64,000 nt of DNA from an uncultured Candidatus Saccharibacteria bacterium (GTDB lineage: Bacteria; Patescibacteriota; Minisyncoccia; UBA6257; JAKLIH01): assembly GCA_964475745.1 (NCBI GenBank), contig CAYYXO010000002.1, forward strand, positions 11,679 through 75,678, in the 5' to 3' direction. The notes under the pieces are model-generated. The model searched no databases and had not been told where the DNA came from. It was given only the letters and a program-made list of their open reading frames with translations. Below, one piece after another: positions 1 through 11,343 of the stretch. The position numbers and the translations under genes were made by a program. The stretch's first letter is position 1. Every line of letters begins with the position of its first letter.

Positions 1-28
1 ATCGAAGTTTTTAGTGAATAAGATAATC

Positions 29-57
29 TTGCATTTTGTAATTTTTTGTGATATAAT
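29..57 (+). promoter_or_regulatory. sigma70-like promoter, TTGCAT, 17-nt spacer, TGaTATAAT (extended -10), upstream of secE
   Basis: Hexamers read directly from the sequence with a 17-nt spacer and a TG at -15/-14. Confidence 0.5.
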
Positions 58-85
58 AATTGACATAGATTAAACTTTTTAAATT

Positions 86-274
86 ATGGGTATTTTGAAG
101 AAACCAATAAGCTTTTTTAAAGAGGCTTTATTGGAATTGAAAAAGGTTCATTGACCAACAAAGAAAGAAGCCATTGCGCTAACAGGGGCAGTTTTAGTGA
201 TTGCTACTTTTTACGCGTTATTATTGTCTGGAATGGATTTTTCACTTAGTGAAATATTGCTAAAAATCTTTTAA
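86..274 (+). CDS. secE: preprotein translocase subunit SecE (62 aa, one in-frame TGA)
   Basis: Single TM segment and the KKVHWPTKKE motif, where TGA sits on the conserved Trp of SecE KVxWP. It has the classic position upstream of nusG-rplK. Confidence 0.75.
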
Positions 275-297
275 AAATAATTATAAGATAAAAACTT

Positions 298-846
298 ATG
301 GCTCGACAAGAGTTGGATTTAGGTAAAAATTGATATGTTTTGCATACTTCTCCTGGTTATGAGGAGGCAGTGGCAAAAAATTTGAAATCCAGAATAGAGG
401 CTTTTGATTTAACCGATAAAGTTTTTGATGTTTTGGTGCCTATTGAACAAAAAATAAAAATAAAAAATGGCAAAAGAACAACCTATGAAGAAAAAATTTT
501 TCCAGGGTATGTTTTTGTTGAAATGGTTGTTGATGATACTTCTTGATATGTAGTTCGTAACACACCACATGTAACAGGTTTTATTGGAGCAGGAACAACC
601 CCATTGCCAGTTGACAAAGGTGAAATGGATTTAATTTTTAAAAGAATTGGCGGAAGTGATCCTCATTATAAAATTGATTTTTCTGTCGGAGAAAAAGTTA
701 AAATAATAGATGGTCATTTTAAAGATTTTGATGGAGTAATAGAAGAGATTGATGCTGTGAAAGGTCGTATTAAAGTTTCAGTAGGTATTTTTGGCCGAGA
801 AACAAAAGTAGATGTTGATTTTCTACAAGTAAGTAAATTGTCTTAA
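298..846 (+). CDS. nusG: transcription antitermination factor NusG (183 aa, 2 in-frame TGA)
   Basis: The N-terminal GKN-TGA-YVLHT matches KRWYVV/KNWYVV. DDTS-TGA-YVVRNTPHVTGF matches DESWYVVRNTPGVTGF. A KOW motif lies in the C-terminal part. Both TGA codons fall on invariant Trp positions. Confidence 0.85.
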
Positions 847-870
847 TAAAATTAGTTAATAAAATATTAT

Positions 871-1296
871 ATGTCAAACAAGAAAGTAAAAACAGTTATT
901 AAATTAGAAATTCCAGCTGGGGCAGCTAACCCAGCTCCTCCAGTTGGTCCTGCGTTGGGTCAACATGGTATAAATATACAAGATTTTTGTTCTTCTTTTA
1001 ATGCTCAAACTCAAGAAAAAAAAGGAGATATAATCCCAGTGGAAATTTCCGTATATGAAGACAGAACTTTTTCTTTAGCCTTTAAGGAGCCGCCAGTGGC
1101 TAGCTTGTTATTAAAAGCAGCCAATATTCAAAAAGGTGCTGCAAATCCTTTGGCTAAAAAAGTAGCTAAGATTACTAAAGATCAAGTAAAAGAAATAGCC
1201 CAAAGAAAAATGCCTGATTTAAATGCTAATGATGTTGAAGGCGCTATGAAAATTATTGAAGGTACTGCTAGAAGCATGGGCATAGAAATTATTTAA
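871..1296 (+). CDS. rplK: 50S ribosomal protein L11
   Basis: [14 protein letters not shown] and the FNAQTQ motifs typical of L11. It has no internal TGA. Confidence 0.9.
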   Translation: MSNKKVKTVIKLEIPAGAANPAPPVGPALGQHGINIQDFCSSFNAQTQEKKGDIIPVEISVYEDRTFSLAFKEPPVASLLLKAANIQKGAANPLAKKVAKITKDQVKEIAQRKMPDLNANDVEGAMKIIEGTARSMGIEII

Positions 1297-1307
1297 TATT
1301 TTGAAAA

Positions 1308-1338
1308 GAAAAGCCAGCCTTTATGGGCTGGTTTTTTT
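1308..1338 (+). terminator. rho-independent terminator after rplK
   Basis: Hairpin aaagccagcc-ttta-gggctggttt followed by a T-run. There is no rplA downstream. Confidence 0.6.
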
Positions 1339-1340
1339 GA

Positions 1341-1369
1341 TTGAATAAATTTTTTGATTATGCTATAAT
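1341..1369 (+). promoter_or_regulatory. sigma70-like promoter TTGAAT, 17 nt, TGcTATAAT, upstream of gatB
   Basis: Hexamers and spacing read from the sequence. Confidence 0.5.
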
Positions 1370-1396
1370 AAAGAATGTATATATTAAAAAAATTTT

Positions 1397-2899
1397 ATGG
1401 TTAGCGAAGAAATAAAAAAACAATATTTGCCAACAATAGGACTAGAGATTCATATGGAAGCAAAAACAAGAAATAAAATGTTTTGTAGCTGTTTGAACGA
1501 CGCAGATGAACCAAAGTCAAACAAAAATATTTGTCCTATTTGTTTAGCTCATCCAGGAGTTTTGCCAACAATAAACAAAGAGGCAGTTGAAAAAATTTTA
1601 AAATTAGGCTTGGCTTTGAATTGTGATATTCCTGAAATAGCTAGGTTTGATAGAAAAAACTATTTTTATCCTGACTTGCCAAAAAGCTATCAAATAACAC
1701 AATTTTTTAAGCCGTTTTGTTTGAAAGGCAGTTTACCTTTATTTTTAGGAGAAGAAGACTTATCAGAAGTAGCCATTACAAGAATACATTTAGAAGAAGA
1801 TACTGGAAAGTTAAGTCATGAGAAAGAAAGAACTTTAGTGGATTATAATAGAGCTTCAAGGCCTTTAATTGAATTGGTGACTGAGCCAGAAATGCATGAT
1901 GCTAAAACAGCTAAATTGTTTGGAGAAAGCTTGCAAGTTATTTTAAAAAGTTTAGAAATTTCTGATGCTGACATGGAAAAAGGTCAGATGAGAGTGGAAG
2001 TTAATGTTTCTGTTGCTAAAAAAAGCCTGGGTAGTAAATTGGGCACAAAGGTAGAAGTAAAAAATATTAACTCATTTAGAGCAGTAGAAAAGGCCATAAA
2101 CTATGAAATAGAACGACAAATCGAACTTTTAGAAAAGGGAGAAAAAATAACTCAAGAAACAAGAGGATGAGATGATGTTAAAATGGTGACAGTTTCCCAG
2201 AGGATAAAAGAGGGTTCCGATGATTATCGTTATTTTCCAGATCCAGATTTGCCACAAATAAAAGCTTGAGGTAAAGACGGCATGTTTGATCTTGAAAAGC
2301 TAAAGAGTACTTTGGGAGAAATGCCTTATAACAAGAAAAAAAGATTGATAGCTGAATATAAAATCGAAGCAAAAAAAGCAAACCATTTGGTGGTAAATGA
2401 AAAAATCAGTAACTTTTTTGAAAGCGTTGTTTCAGAATTAAAAACCCTGTTTAAGTTGTTTGATCAAAAAGAAAAAGAGGCAGTCGGACTGATTTATAAT
2501 TATTTGACTTCAGATTTGTCGGGACTCATGGCTTTGAAAGAAATTTCTTTTGACGCTTTAAAAATTAAACCTTTTAATTTTGCTAAATTGATTTTATTGA
2601 TTTTAGAAAATAAAATTTCTTCTAAGGGGGCAAAAATTATTTTAGAAGAAATGTTAGAAAGCGAGAAGCGCCCAGAAATTATTATGCAAGAAAAAAATTT
2701 ACAACAGGTGTCTGATAATTCAGCAGTGGTTGAAATTATTCAAGAAATTTTAGATGAAAATCCGAAAGCTATTTTAGAATACAAGGAGGGTAAAATCAAT
2801 GCTTTGCAGTTTCTTATTGGTCAGATAATGAAAAAAAGCAAAGGAGCGGCCAATCCAAGCGTAGCAAAAACTTTATTAATAGAAGAACTAAAAAAATAA
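1397..2899 (+). CDS. gatB: Asp/Glu-tRNA amidotransferase subunit B (about 500 aa, 2 in-frame TGA)
   Basis: N-terminal [10 protein letters not shown]...[13 protein letters not shown], then [15 protein letters not shown] and a C-terminal GatB/YqeY domain. The frames of the 1397 and 2282 segments are contiguous across TGA, and the ETRG-TGA-DD site sits on an aromatic/W position. Confidence 0.9.
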
Positions 2900-2907
2900 C
2901 CTTTTAA

Positions 2908-2947
2908 AAACCCTCTTATTTCACTAAATAAGAGGGTTTTTGGGGCT
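2908..2947 (+). terminator. rho-independent terminator after gatB
   Basis: Hairpin aaccctcttatt-tcactaa-ataagagggtt followed by T's. Confidence 0.6.
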
Positions 2948-2975
2948 TGTATTTTTATCAAAAAACTGATATAAT
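2947..2975 (+). promoter_or_regulatory. sigma70-like promoter TTGTAT, 17 nt, TGaTATAAT, upstream of lepB
   Basis: Read directly from the sequence. Confidence 0.5.
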
Positions 2976-3031
2976 AACCTAGTTAAAAGGTATTATCTTA
3001 TTTTTATAATTTATTTTAAACAAGTAAAAAC

Positions 3032-3580
3032 ATGAAAAATATTAAAAGCTATCTTTTGGAATTGATTGAGGTAGTAGTGATCGCCTTGCTAATAGTTATT
3101 CCTATTAGAATGTATCTAGTCACACCTTTTTTTGTGAGAGGTCAAAGCATGCAACCAAGTTTTCAAGACGGAGATTATTTGATAATTGACAAACTAAGCT
3201 TTAGAATTTCTGATCCCGAGAGAGGCGATATAGTTGTATTTAAGGCCCCTTTAGAGCAAAGTAGTTTTTATATAAAAAGAATTGTTGGTTTGCCAAGCGA
3301 AACAGTGGAAATAAAAGATGGCGGGTTAATAGTTTATAATAGCGACAACACAGAAGGCTGAGAATTAAAAGAATCATATTTGGAAAATCATCCAAATACT
3401 CCTGGTAATATAAAAATAAAACTCCAGGCAGATGAATTTTTTGTTTTAGGAGACAACAGGGAGGCTTCTTATGATTCAAGAGAGTGAGGCAGTTTAAAGG
3501 CGGATAGAATAGTTGGAAAGGTTTGGTTGAGGTTGGCACCCATTAATAAGGTGCAAGCTTTTTCTTTGCCTAAATATTAA
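3032..3580 (+). CDS. lepB: signal peptidase I (182 aa, 2 in-frame TGA)
   Basis: N-terminal TM segment, the catalytic-Ser region RGQSMQPSF, and the GDNREASYDSRE-TGA-G box matching GDNRxxSxDSRxWG, where TGA sits on the conserved Trp. Confidence 0.8.
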
Positions 3581-3596
3581 TAATTAAATTATTATT

Positions 3597-4952
3597 ATGC
3601 CAAAAAAAGGAATTCGTTTTGTTGATATAAAAGAAAAGCTGAACAAGAAAAGTGAGCCTAAAAGAACAACTAAAAAAGTTAAATCTGTTGATTTTAAAGC
3701 GGTAACCAAAACAAAAGATATTTTTGGTAGAAATCTGAAGGTTTGAAAAGATTTAGAAGAACAAGTTGGTGAAGTTTTAAAATTTTATCAATTTGATAGT
3801 ATTGAAACCCCAATGATAGAATACAAGGATTTAATATTTAAGGGTGCTTGAAAAAACCAAGAAGAAAAAAAGAAAAGATTTTTTTGAGTTGAAAAAGCAG
3901 GTGAAAAAAGCATGATGCTTAGGCCGGATTTGATGTCAGGCATTTTAAGAAGTTATTTTGAAAACAAGATGCAAAATCAAAGCCAGCCAGTTAGATTTTT
4001 TTCTTTGGGTCCAGTTTTTATAGATGATGAAGAAAAAAACTTTAGCCAATATAGTCAGCTGACCTTAGAAGCCATTGGTGACAGTAGTGCTATCATTGAG
4101 ATAGAAATAATAAATACTATAAAAAACTTATTTGAGGATTTTGGTTTTGGCAATGTTTCTGTAGAAATAGACAATATTGGATGTGAAAAATGTAAAGAAG
4201 CTTATGAAAAAGAAGTAAAAAAATATTATAAAGATATAAAAACAAAAGTTTGTACTAAATGCAAAAAGATTACCAAGGATAATTTTTTGAAACTGCTTGA
4301 CTGTAATGAAGAGAAATGTAAAGCATTAAGATTTGGCTTGAAAAGTTTTGACGAATTTTGATGTTCAGAATGTAAAAATCATTTTGTAAATATTACAGAA
4401 TATTTAGATTTTTTGAAAATTGAATATTCTTTGGTGGCCAATCTAGACAAATACACTCCGTTTGACAATAAAATTGTTTTTAAAGTAAATGTTTTTGATA
4501 AGGAAAAAAAATATGAAGCTGCTTTTGGCTCAAGGCACGATAATTTGATTAGAAATATAAGCAATAATGGAAAATATGGAGTGGGCTGTAATATTAACTT
4601 AAATTTGCTGTTTAAAGCCTTTAGAGAAAATGCACAAAAAAACAAACCAGAAGAAAAAGAGTTTTCCGTGTTTTTGATACAAATTGGAGATACAGCAAAA
4701 AGAAAAGCTTTTGAAGTGGTAGAAAGCTTAAGAAAAGAAGGAATTATTGCTAAAACCAATTTAAGTAAGGACAGCTTAAGAGCTCAAATATCCATGGCTG
4801 AAAAAGAAAAAGTAAATTGCATATTGATTATTGGCCAAGAGGAAGTTATCAGGGGAGAGGTGATTTTGAGAGATTTTCAATCAGGGTTGCAAGAAAGCGT
4901 TTCTTTTGCTAAACTAATACCAAATTTAATTAAACGAAAAGCAAGCAATTAA
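3597..4952 (+). CDS. histidyl-tRNA synthetase-like class IIa aaRS homologue (about 451 aa), with degenerate motif 2 and a Cys-rich insertion
   Basis: It aligns along its whole length to HisRS. LRPDLMSGILRS matches LRPEGTAGCVRA. Motif 3 AAFGSRHD matches GGGRYD. The C-terminal class IIa anticodon-binding domain is present. In the motif-2 region (FRxERPQxGRxRQFxQ) it instead reads FIDDEEKNFSQYSQL. A CxxC-rich insert reads CEKCKEAY..CTKCKK..CNEEKC. Confidence 0.6.
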
Positions 4953-4978
4953 TAAAAATCGAATAAATAAAGAAAATA

Positions 4979-5203
4979 ATGGCTATTAAAATTACTAAAA
5001 AAGACAAAGAATCAACTTCAGCTTTTTTGTATAGAGCAAGTCAAGTTATACAAAAAAGTGGTGTTTTGATACAGGCAAATAAAAAGCAAACAAATAAAAA
5101 GAAAAATAACGAAAGAGGAAAGAAATTGTCAGCTCTCCATAAGATTAATTTTAAAAAAGATATCGAGTATAAGAAAAAGATGGGCTTGCCAATAAAAAAA
5201 TAA
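4979..5203 (+). CDS. small basic protein, possibly ribosomal protein S21
   Basis: 74 aa and very basic. The segment AFLYRASQVIQKSGVLIQANKK loosely resembles the S21 core ALRRFKRSxxKxGxLxExRKR. The assignment is tentative. Confidence 0.4.
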   Translation: MAIKITKKDKESTSAFLYRASQVIQKSGVLIQANKKQTNKKKNNERGKKLSALHKINFKKDIEYKKKMGLPIKK

Positions 5204-5207
5204 TTTT

Positions 5208-5660
5208 ATGGAACCAGAGTTTTTGTTATACAACAATAGCAAGGAAGAAAGAAGAGTTGTGAATTTTGTTAAAAAAGCAACCAGCAATATTTTAAAAGCA
5301 GAAAGTTTTTTAAAAATTCTAAAAAATAGAAAAATACAAAACTTCTCTTTTTCGATAATTTTAGAAGATAAAAAAACAACAAGGAGGTTAAATAGGGAAT
5401 GGCGTGGTAAAAACAAAATTCCAGATATATTATCTTTTTCTTTGTTAGAAAAAGATTTGTCAAAAACGATTTTGGGAGATATTTTTTTAACCCCAGAAAA
5501 GATAATAAAAGAATCAAAAGAAGGTCTGTTGATGGTTTTTCAGAAATTAATAATACATGGATTGCTTCATTTGCTAGGCTATGATCATGAAAAGGAAAAA
5601 AACTATTTGGAAATGAGCAAAGAAGAGACAAAAATTTTAAAAGAATTAATTAATAATTAA
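5208..5660 (+). CDS. ybeY: rRNA maturation endoribonuclease YbeY
   Basis: The HGLLHLLGYDH zinc-binding signature lies at the C-terminal end of a 150-aa protein. Confidence 0.8.
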   Translation: MEPEFLLYNNSKEERRVVNFVKKATSNILKAESFLKILKNRKIQNFSFSIILEDKKTTRRLNREWRGKNKIPDILSFSLLEKDLSKTILGDIFLTPEKIIKESKEGLLMVFQKLIIHGLLHLLGYDHEKEKNYLEMSKEETKILKELINN

Positions 5661-5671
5661 AATTAATATTT

Positions 5672-6877
5672 ATGAAAAACGCCTTATTGTCATTGGATGT
5701 CGGCACAAATAATATTTATGCGGTTTTGTTTCAATGCGAACAAAAACCCCAAGTGCTGCTTTCTATAAAAAAACCTTCCAATGGCGTGAGAAAGGGCTCA
5801 ATTCAAAATATTAATGAAGTTGTTCAAAATATTGACGGCCTGCTTGATGAAATTACCAGAGCAAGAGGCAAAAATGTTTCTCAAATTGTAATGAGCATTG
5901 GTGGGGCAAATGTTAGTATGACTAAAAGTCGCGGCATTGCTTTGATTTCCGGGAGAAACAATGTTGTTGATAGAGATACAATTGTTCGTTCGCAAAATTC
6001 ATCAAAAGCTTTGTTTTTGCCACCAGGAAGATCAACTTTACATGCGATTCCTCAAAGATATATTGTTGATGGCAATGAATTCGATGTGGAGCCATTAGGT
6101 ATGTCAGGTATGAGATTGGAAGTAGAAAGTGCTATAATAGATACAGATATTATGTCAATTAATAATGTTTCTCAAATAGCAGACAGTACAGGAGCTAGAA
6201 TAACAAATATATTTGCCAATCCTTTAAGCGGAACTTATTCTACTTTGAACAGAAAAGAAAAAGACTTAGGAGTTGTTGGCATTGATTTGGGAGCTAGCAC
6301 CACCACTATTTCGGTTTTTGAAGAAGGAAAACTAGTTTTTATGAAAACTATTCCTGTTGGTTGTGGCAAGATTAGCGACGATATTTGCTTATGACTTCAA
6401 ATAGCTCAAGAAGAGGGAGAAAAAATAAAATTACAATCAGGAGATGCTTATCCTGATAAAGTTGACAGTAAGGAGATATTAAACTTGGGAGATTTTGTTG
6501 CAAATGAAGACAGAAAGTTTAAAAAGAAAGATTTAGCTATGGTTATTTCTGCTAGACTGGAACAAATTTTTGATTTGATAAATAAAGAGCTAAAACAAAT
6601 AAATAAATTTGCTAATTTGCCAGGAGGAGCTGTTTTGTATGGAGGCGGATCTTTGATGCCACACATTATTGAACTAGCTAGAGAATGTTTAAAATTGCCA
6701 GCAAGAGTTGCTTTGCCGGAGGTAGAAGGTCATATTGAAGAAGATCCAGGATTTGCTGTTGCAATGGGTAATATTAAATTTATGTTTGAAGATAAAAATA
6801 TATCTGATAATTGTGTTGATTCAGGTGGAGGCCTTTTGGGCAAGATATTTAAAATGTTTGATAAGTTTAATTTATAA
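5672..6877 (+). CDS. ftsA: cell division protein FtsA (about 401 aa, 1 in-frame TGA)
   Basis: Actin-like ATPase with DVGTNNIYAV at the N-terminus and GGGSLMPHIIELA later. It sits directly upstream of ftsZ. The 5672 and 6485 segments are in the same frame across the TGA at 6395. Confidence 0.85.
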
Positions 6878-6908
6878 TTAATAAAATACAATAATTAACA
6901 AGAAGGAT

Positions 6909-8153
6909 ATGGCAAACACAAACAATACAAAAGAAGAAGAAGTAGTAAGAAGCTCGAGTGCAACAAGTCCAAGGCCTAAAGTAAAAATTAAAATAGTTGG
7001 TATTGGAGGGGCAGGAGGAAATATTTTGACTAGAATGTATAAAAAGAAAACAGATGGAGTTGATTTTGTTGCTATTAATACTGACACTCAAGGTCTTCAT
7101 TATACTAAAGCAGATCAAAAAATAAATATTGGATTAAATGTAACAAGGGGATTGGGTGCTGGCATGGATCCAGAAATTGGTCAAAAATCTGCCGAAGAGA
7201 GTTCAAAAGATGTTGCTGAAATATTAGGCAAGCCAGATTTGATTTTTATTGCTTGTGGTTTGGGAGGTGGTACTGGCTCAGGAGCCGCTCCAATTGTTGC
7301 TAAATTAGCAAAAGATACTGGTGCTATTGTAGTGGCAGTAGTCACAAAGCCTTTCTTTTTTGAAGGAGCAAAAAGAATGGAGATAGCAAATGAAGCCTGG
7401 GAAAAATTATTTAAAAATGTTGATTCAACTATTACTATAAACAACGATAGGATATTTAATATAATTGAAAAAGATACTCCGGTACTCGATGCTTTTAAGC
7501 AAATTGATGAGATATTAAAACAAGGTGTAAAGGGTATTTCAGATTTGATAAATTATCCTGGTTTAATTAATTTAGATTTTGCTAATTTAAGAACTATTTT
7601 AAAAGATTCAGGAGAGTCAATTATTGGCATTGGTAGGGCTACTGGAAAAGATAGAGCTATAAAAGCAGCCAAGATGGCTATCGAATCTCCTTTATTGGAA
7701 TTATCTATAAAGGGAGCTTCAAGAATTTTATTTAACATCAGCGGTCAAAATGATTTGTCACTTTCTGAAATAACAGAAGCAGCAAGAATTATTACTGACA
7801 ATGCTGCTAAAGATTCAAAAATAATTTTTGGGGCATCTTATGACAATGAATTAAAAAGCGGTGAATTAAAAATAACAGTAATTGCCGGTGGCTTTAATAA
7901 AGAAGATGAAGGAGAAAAGTTGGTTTCTAATGAGCAGTTTGTTTCTTTTTTTAAAAAGGAAAATGATGATTTCTATAATCTAAATCAAAAAATAGACGAT
8001 CAAGAAGAGGAAAATGACAATGAAGATAAAGAAATCAAAGAAGAAGATGTTTTAGAAATGGAAGAAGAAAGCAAAAAGACATTTGATTCAAAAGATGATG
8101 AGGATGATATTGATATTCCACCATTTTTGAGAAAATTTAAAAAACAAAAATAG
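6909..8153 (+). CDS. ftsZ: cell division GTPase FtsZ
   Basis: GGGTGSGAAPIVAKLAK tubulin signature, a T7 loop, an acidic linker and the C-terminal DIPPFLRK FtsA/ZipA-binding peptide. Confidence 0.92.
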   Translation: MANTNNTKEEEVVRSSSATSPRPKVKIKIVGIGGAGGNILTRMYKKKTDGVDFVAINTDTQGLHYTKADQKINIGLNVTRGLGAGMDPEIGQKSAEESSKDVAEILGKPDLIFIACGLGGGTGSGAAPIVAKLAKDTGAIVVAVVTKPFFFEGAKRMEIANEAWEKLFKNVDSTITINNDRIFNIIEKDTPVLDAFKQIDEILKQGVKGISDLINYPGLINLDFANLRTILKDSGESIIGIGRATGKDRAIKAAKMAIESPLLELSIKGASRILFNISGQNDLSLSEITEAARIITDNAAKDSKIIFGASYDNELKSGELKITVIAGGFNKEDEGEKLVSNEQFVSFFKKENDDFYNLNQKIDDQEEENDNEDKEIKEEDVLEMEEESKKTFDSKDDEDDIDIPPFLRKFKKQK

Positions 8154-8162
8154 AAAAATTTA

Positions 8163-8192
8163 AAAAAGTCACTAAAAGTGACTTTTTTAAAT
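8163..8192 (+). terminator. rho-independent terminator after ftsZ
   Basis: Hairpin aaaaaagtcact-aaa-agtgactttttt. Confidence 0.6.
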
Positions 8193-8233
8193 TTGTAGTT
8201 GAAAAGGATAGCAAAAATAGGCCTTTTTAGGGG

Positions 8234-8261
8234 TTGACTTTTTTTGGGATTTGTCTATAAT
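8234..8261 (+). promoter_or_regulatory. sigma70-like promoter TTGACT, 16 nt, TATAAT, upstream of nrdD
   Basis: Read directly from the sequence. Confidence 0.45.
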
Positions 8262-8323
8262 ATTTATACATCAAAAATAAGGCGGATGCTGGTCATAATT
8301 TTAATAATCTCTAAAAAATTATT

Positions 8324-10552
8324 ATGAAAGAAAGCAAAAAAAATAGCCCTAAGTTGTTAAAAAATAAAGAGGCACAAAAGGAGAAAGATTTGAAGAAAGT
8401 AAAAATAGAATATCATATTAAAAAAATACAAAACAGAGATGGTTTAATAAATAGCTTTGACGAATCTAAGATACGCAATGCTATTTTTAAAGCATTTACA
8501 TCTACTGGCGAAGGTGATGAGAAAACAGTTGATAAGATATTAAGTAAAGTTTTGTATATTTTAAATAAAAGGTTTAAAAAAGATGAAGCTCCAACAGTGG
8601 AAAACATTCAAGACATTGTGGAAGAATGTTTGATGACTTTTGGGTACACAGAGACAGCCAAAAACTATATTTTATATCGTGAACAACGTCGCCGTATCAG
8701 AGAAAGTAAAATTGCATCTGGTGAAGCAGTTGATATTGTTGACGAATATTTAAAAGAGCTTGATTGAGAGGTAAAAGAAAATAGTAATACCACTTACTCT
8801 TTGCAGGGCATGAATAATTATATTGCTAATTATGTTTCAAAAAAATATTGATTAAATAAAATTTATACTCCAGAAATACGAAAAGCAAATAGAGAAAACT
8901 TTTTTCACATTCATGATTTAGGAACTATAGGTGCTTATTGTTGCGGTTGAGATTTATATGATTTATTGGTAAAAGGTTTTGGTGGGGTTTCAAGCAAAAT
9001 TCAATCAAAGCCACCAAAACATTTAAGAACTGCTTTAGGTCAAATTGTAAATTATTTTTATACTTTACAAGGAGAGGTGGCTGGCGCTCAAGCTTTTTCA
9101 AGTTTTGATACTTATCTTGCTCCGTTTATTCGTCATGATAAATTAAGCTATGCAGAAGTTAAACAAGCATTGCAAGAATTTATTTTTAATTGCAATGTGC
9201 CGACTCGCGTTGGATTTCAAACTCCTTTTACTAATGTTACGCTTGATTTAAAATGCCCAAGCCATACTAAGGATTTACCAGTAATTATTGGTGGAGTTCC
9301 TCAAAAAGAAACTTATGGTGAATATCAAGAAGAGATGGATCTTTTTAATAAAGTTTTATGCGAAGTATATACAGAAGGAGATGCCACTGGAAGAGTGTTT
9401 ACTTTTCCAATTCCAACTTACAATATAACTAAAGATTTTGAATGAGATAATCATGCTTTTGAGGGTATTTGAAAAATGACAGCAAAATATGGCATTCCTT
9501 ACTTTTCTAACTTTATTAATTCTGAAATGTCCCCAGAAGATGCTCGCTCGATGTGTTGTCGCCTTCGTCTCGATAATAGAGAGCTATATAAAAGAGGAGG
9601 AGGTTTGTTTGGGGCCAATCCAAAAACAGGAAGTGTGGGCGTGGTTACTTTAAATTTGCCAAGAATTGCTTATTTGTCAAAAACCAAAAATCAATTATTT
9701 AAAAACATTAGAAAATATATGGATTTGGCAAGAGAATCTTTAGAAATAAAAAGAAAAACCATTGAAAAATTAACAGACAAAGGTCTTTATCCCTATAGTA
9801 AATATTATTTACAAGATGTGGTAAAAATGAGAGGCTCTTATTGAGCAAATCATTTTTCTACTATTGGTATTGTTGGTGGCAATGAAGCAGCACTTAATTT
9901 TATTGGTCAAGACATTACCACAGCAGAAGGAAAAAGTTTTGTTTTGGAAATGCTGGATTTTATGAGATCTGTTTTGGTTGAATATCAAAAAGAAGACGAT
10001 GGCTTGTATAATTTAGAAGCAACACCAGCAGAAGGGACAGGTTTTCGTTTGGCAAGGCTGGACAAAAAAGAATTTCCAGATATTATTACTTCTGGCACAG
10101 ACAAAACGCCTTATTATACCAATTCAACACAAATGCCAGTTAATTTTTCAGATGACTTGTTTGAGGTTTTGGATTGGCAAGATGACTTGCAAACAAAATA
10201 TACTGGAGGAACAGTTTTGCATGGTTTTATTGGAGAAGAAATTTCAGAATATGAGTCGGTTAAGTCTTTGATAAGAACCATTTTTACAGACTATAAATTG
10301 CCTTATTTAACAGTAACACCAACATTTAGTGTTTGCCCAACGCATGGCTATTTAGCAGGAGAGCATGAGCTTTGTCCTAAATGCATTGTGGAGCAAAAAT
10401 GTGAAGTTTATTCTAGGGTGGTAGGCTATTTAAGACCAGTAGTAAATTGGCATGCCGGTAAACAACAGGAATTTAAAGATAGGGTGGAATTTACTATTAA
10501 AAGACAGTTTAATGTTTTTGATAATAAAAAAACGCCAGTAAATAAAAAATAA
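8324..10552 (+). CDS. nrdD: anaerobic ribonucleoside-triphosphate reductase, class III (about 742 aa, 5 in-frame TGA)
   Basis: N-terminal ATP-cone (IQNRDGLINSFDESKIRNAIF), the NrdD core (MTAKYGIPYFSNFINSEM), a C-terminal Zn ribbon CPKC and the glycyl-radical motif SRVVGYLRPV. The 8324, 8966, 9476 and 9944 segments are in one frame. Confidence 0.85.
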
Positions 10553-10553
10553 A

Positions 10554-11252
10554 ATGCTTATAGGTGGTTTTCAAAAATTAACTTTAATTGATTATCCTAA
10601 GAAAATTGCAACCATTGTTTTCACAGTTGGTTGCAATTTTCGATGTGGGTTTTGCTATAATTTAGATTTGGTTATACCAAGTAGGAAAAAATCTTTGACA
10701 CTAACAAAAGAAGATGATTTTTTTGATTTTTTAGCTTCAAGAAAAGGGAAATTGGAGGCAGTTGTTGTCACTGGTGGAGAACCTACTTTACAAAAAGATT
10801 TAGAAATTTTTTTAAAGAAAATTAAATCTCTGGGTTTTTTAGTTAAACTAGACACCAATGGAACAGCCCCAGAGAAAATAAAAAAATTGATTAAAAAGGG
10901 GTTGGTTGATTATATTGCTATGGACATAAAAAATCGCCTTACAGAAAGTAAATATAAAAAAATTGTTGGCACAAAAGTAGATATAAACGCTATTAAAAAA
11001 AGCATTAAACTTCTTATGGAAAATAAGATTGATTATGAATTTAGAACAACCATGGCTCCTGGAATTACCAAGGAGGATCTGTTGTCAATAGCAAAATCAA
11101 TCAAAGGAGCAAAAAAATATTTTTTACAGGAGTTTAAAGATACTGAAGTAATTGACTTGGGCTGTAAAAAAGATGCCTGGTTAAAAGAAGAAGAGCTGAA
11201 AGATTTTAAAAAAGAAATTGATAAACTGGTAAAATATTCAAAAATAAGATAA
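10554..11252 (+). CDS. nrdG: anaerobic RNR activating protein (radical SAM)
   Basis: CNFRCGFC radical-SAM cluster motif, located immediately after nrdD. Confidence 0.85.
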   Translation: MLIGGFQKLTLIDYPKKIATIVFTVGCNFRCGFCYNLDLVIPSRKKSLTLTKEDDFFDFLASRKGKLEAVVVTGGEPTLQKDLEIFLKKIKSLGFLVKLDTNGTAPEKIKKLIKKGLVDYIAMDIKNRLTESKYKKIVGTKVDINAIKKSIKLLMENKIDYEFRTTMAPGITKEDLLSIAKSIKGAKKYFLQEFKDTEVIDLGCKKDAWLKEEELKDFKKEIDKLVKYSKIR

Positions 11253-11343
11253 CATGAAAAATGTTTTATACCTAAGGCTGTTTAGATGTTTTGTAATATT
11301 TTTTATTTTTAGTCTGGTGTGACTAAATTTAAGTAATTTTTCT

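Noticed and set aside
2168-2170. Treating TGA as a stop codon (which would make gatB, nrdD, gyrB, polA and others pseudogenes)
   Set aside because: More than 60 in-frame TGA codons occur in conserved genes, with frames always preserved and the TGA often on invariant Trp. Systematic pseudogenisation of every essential gene is implausible, so recoding explains it.
7181-7444. Minus-strand ORFs inside ftsZ (7181..7444 and 7553..7738)
   Set aside because: They lie antisense to a strongly supported conserved gene. They are low-complexity translations with no start context or homology.
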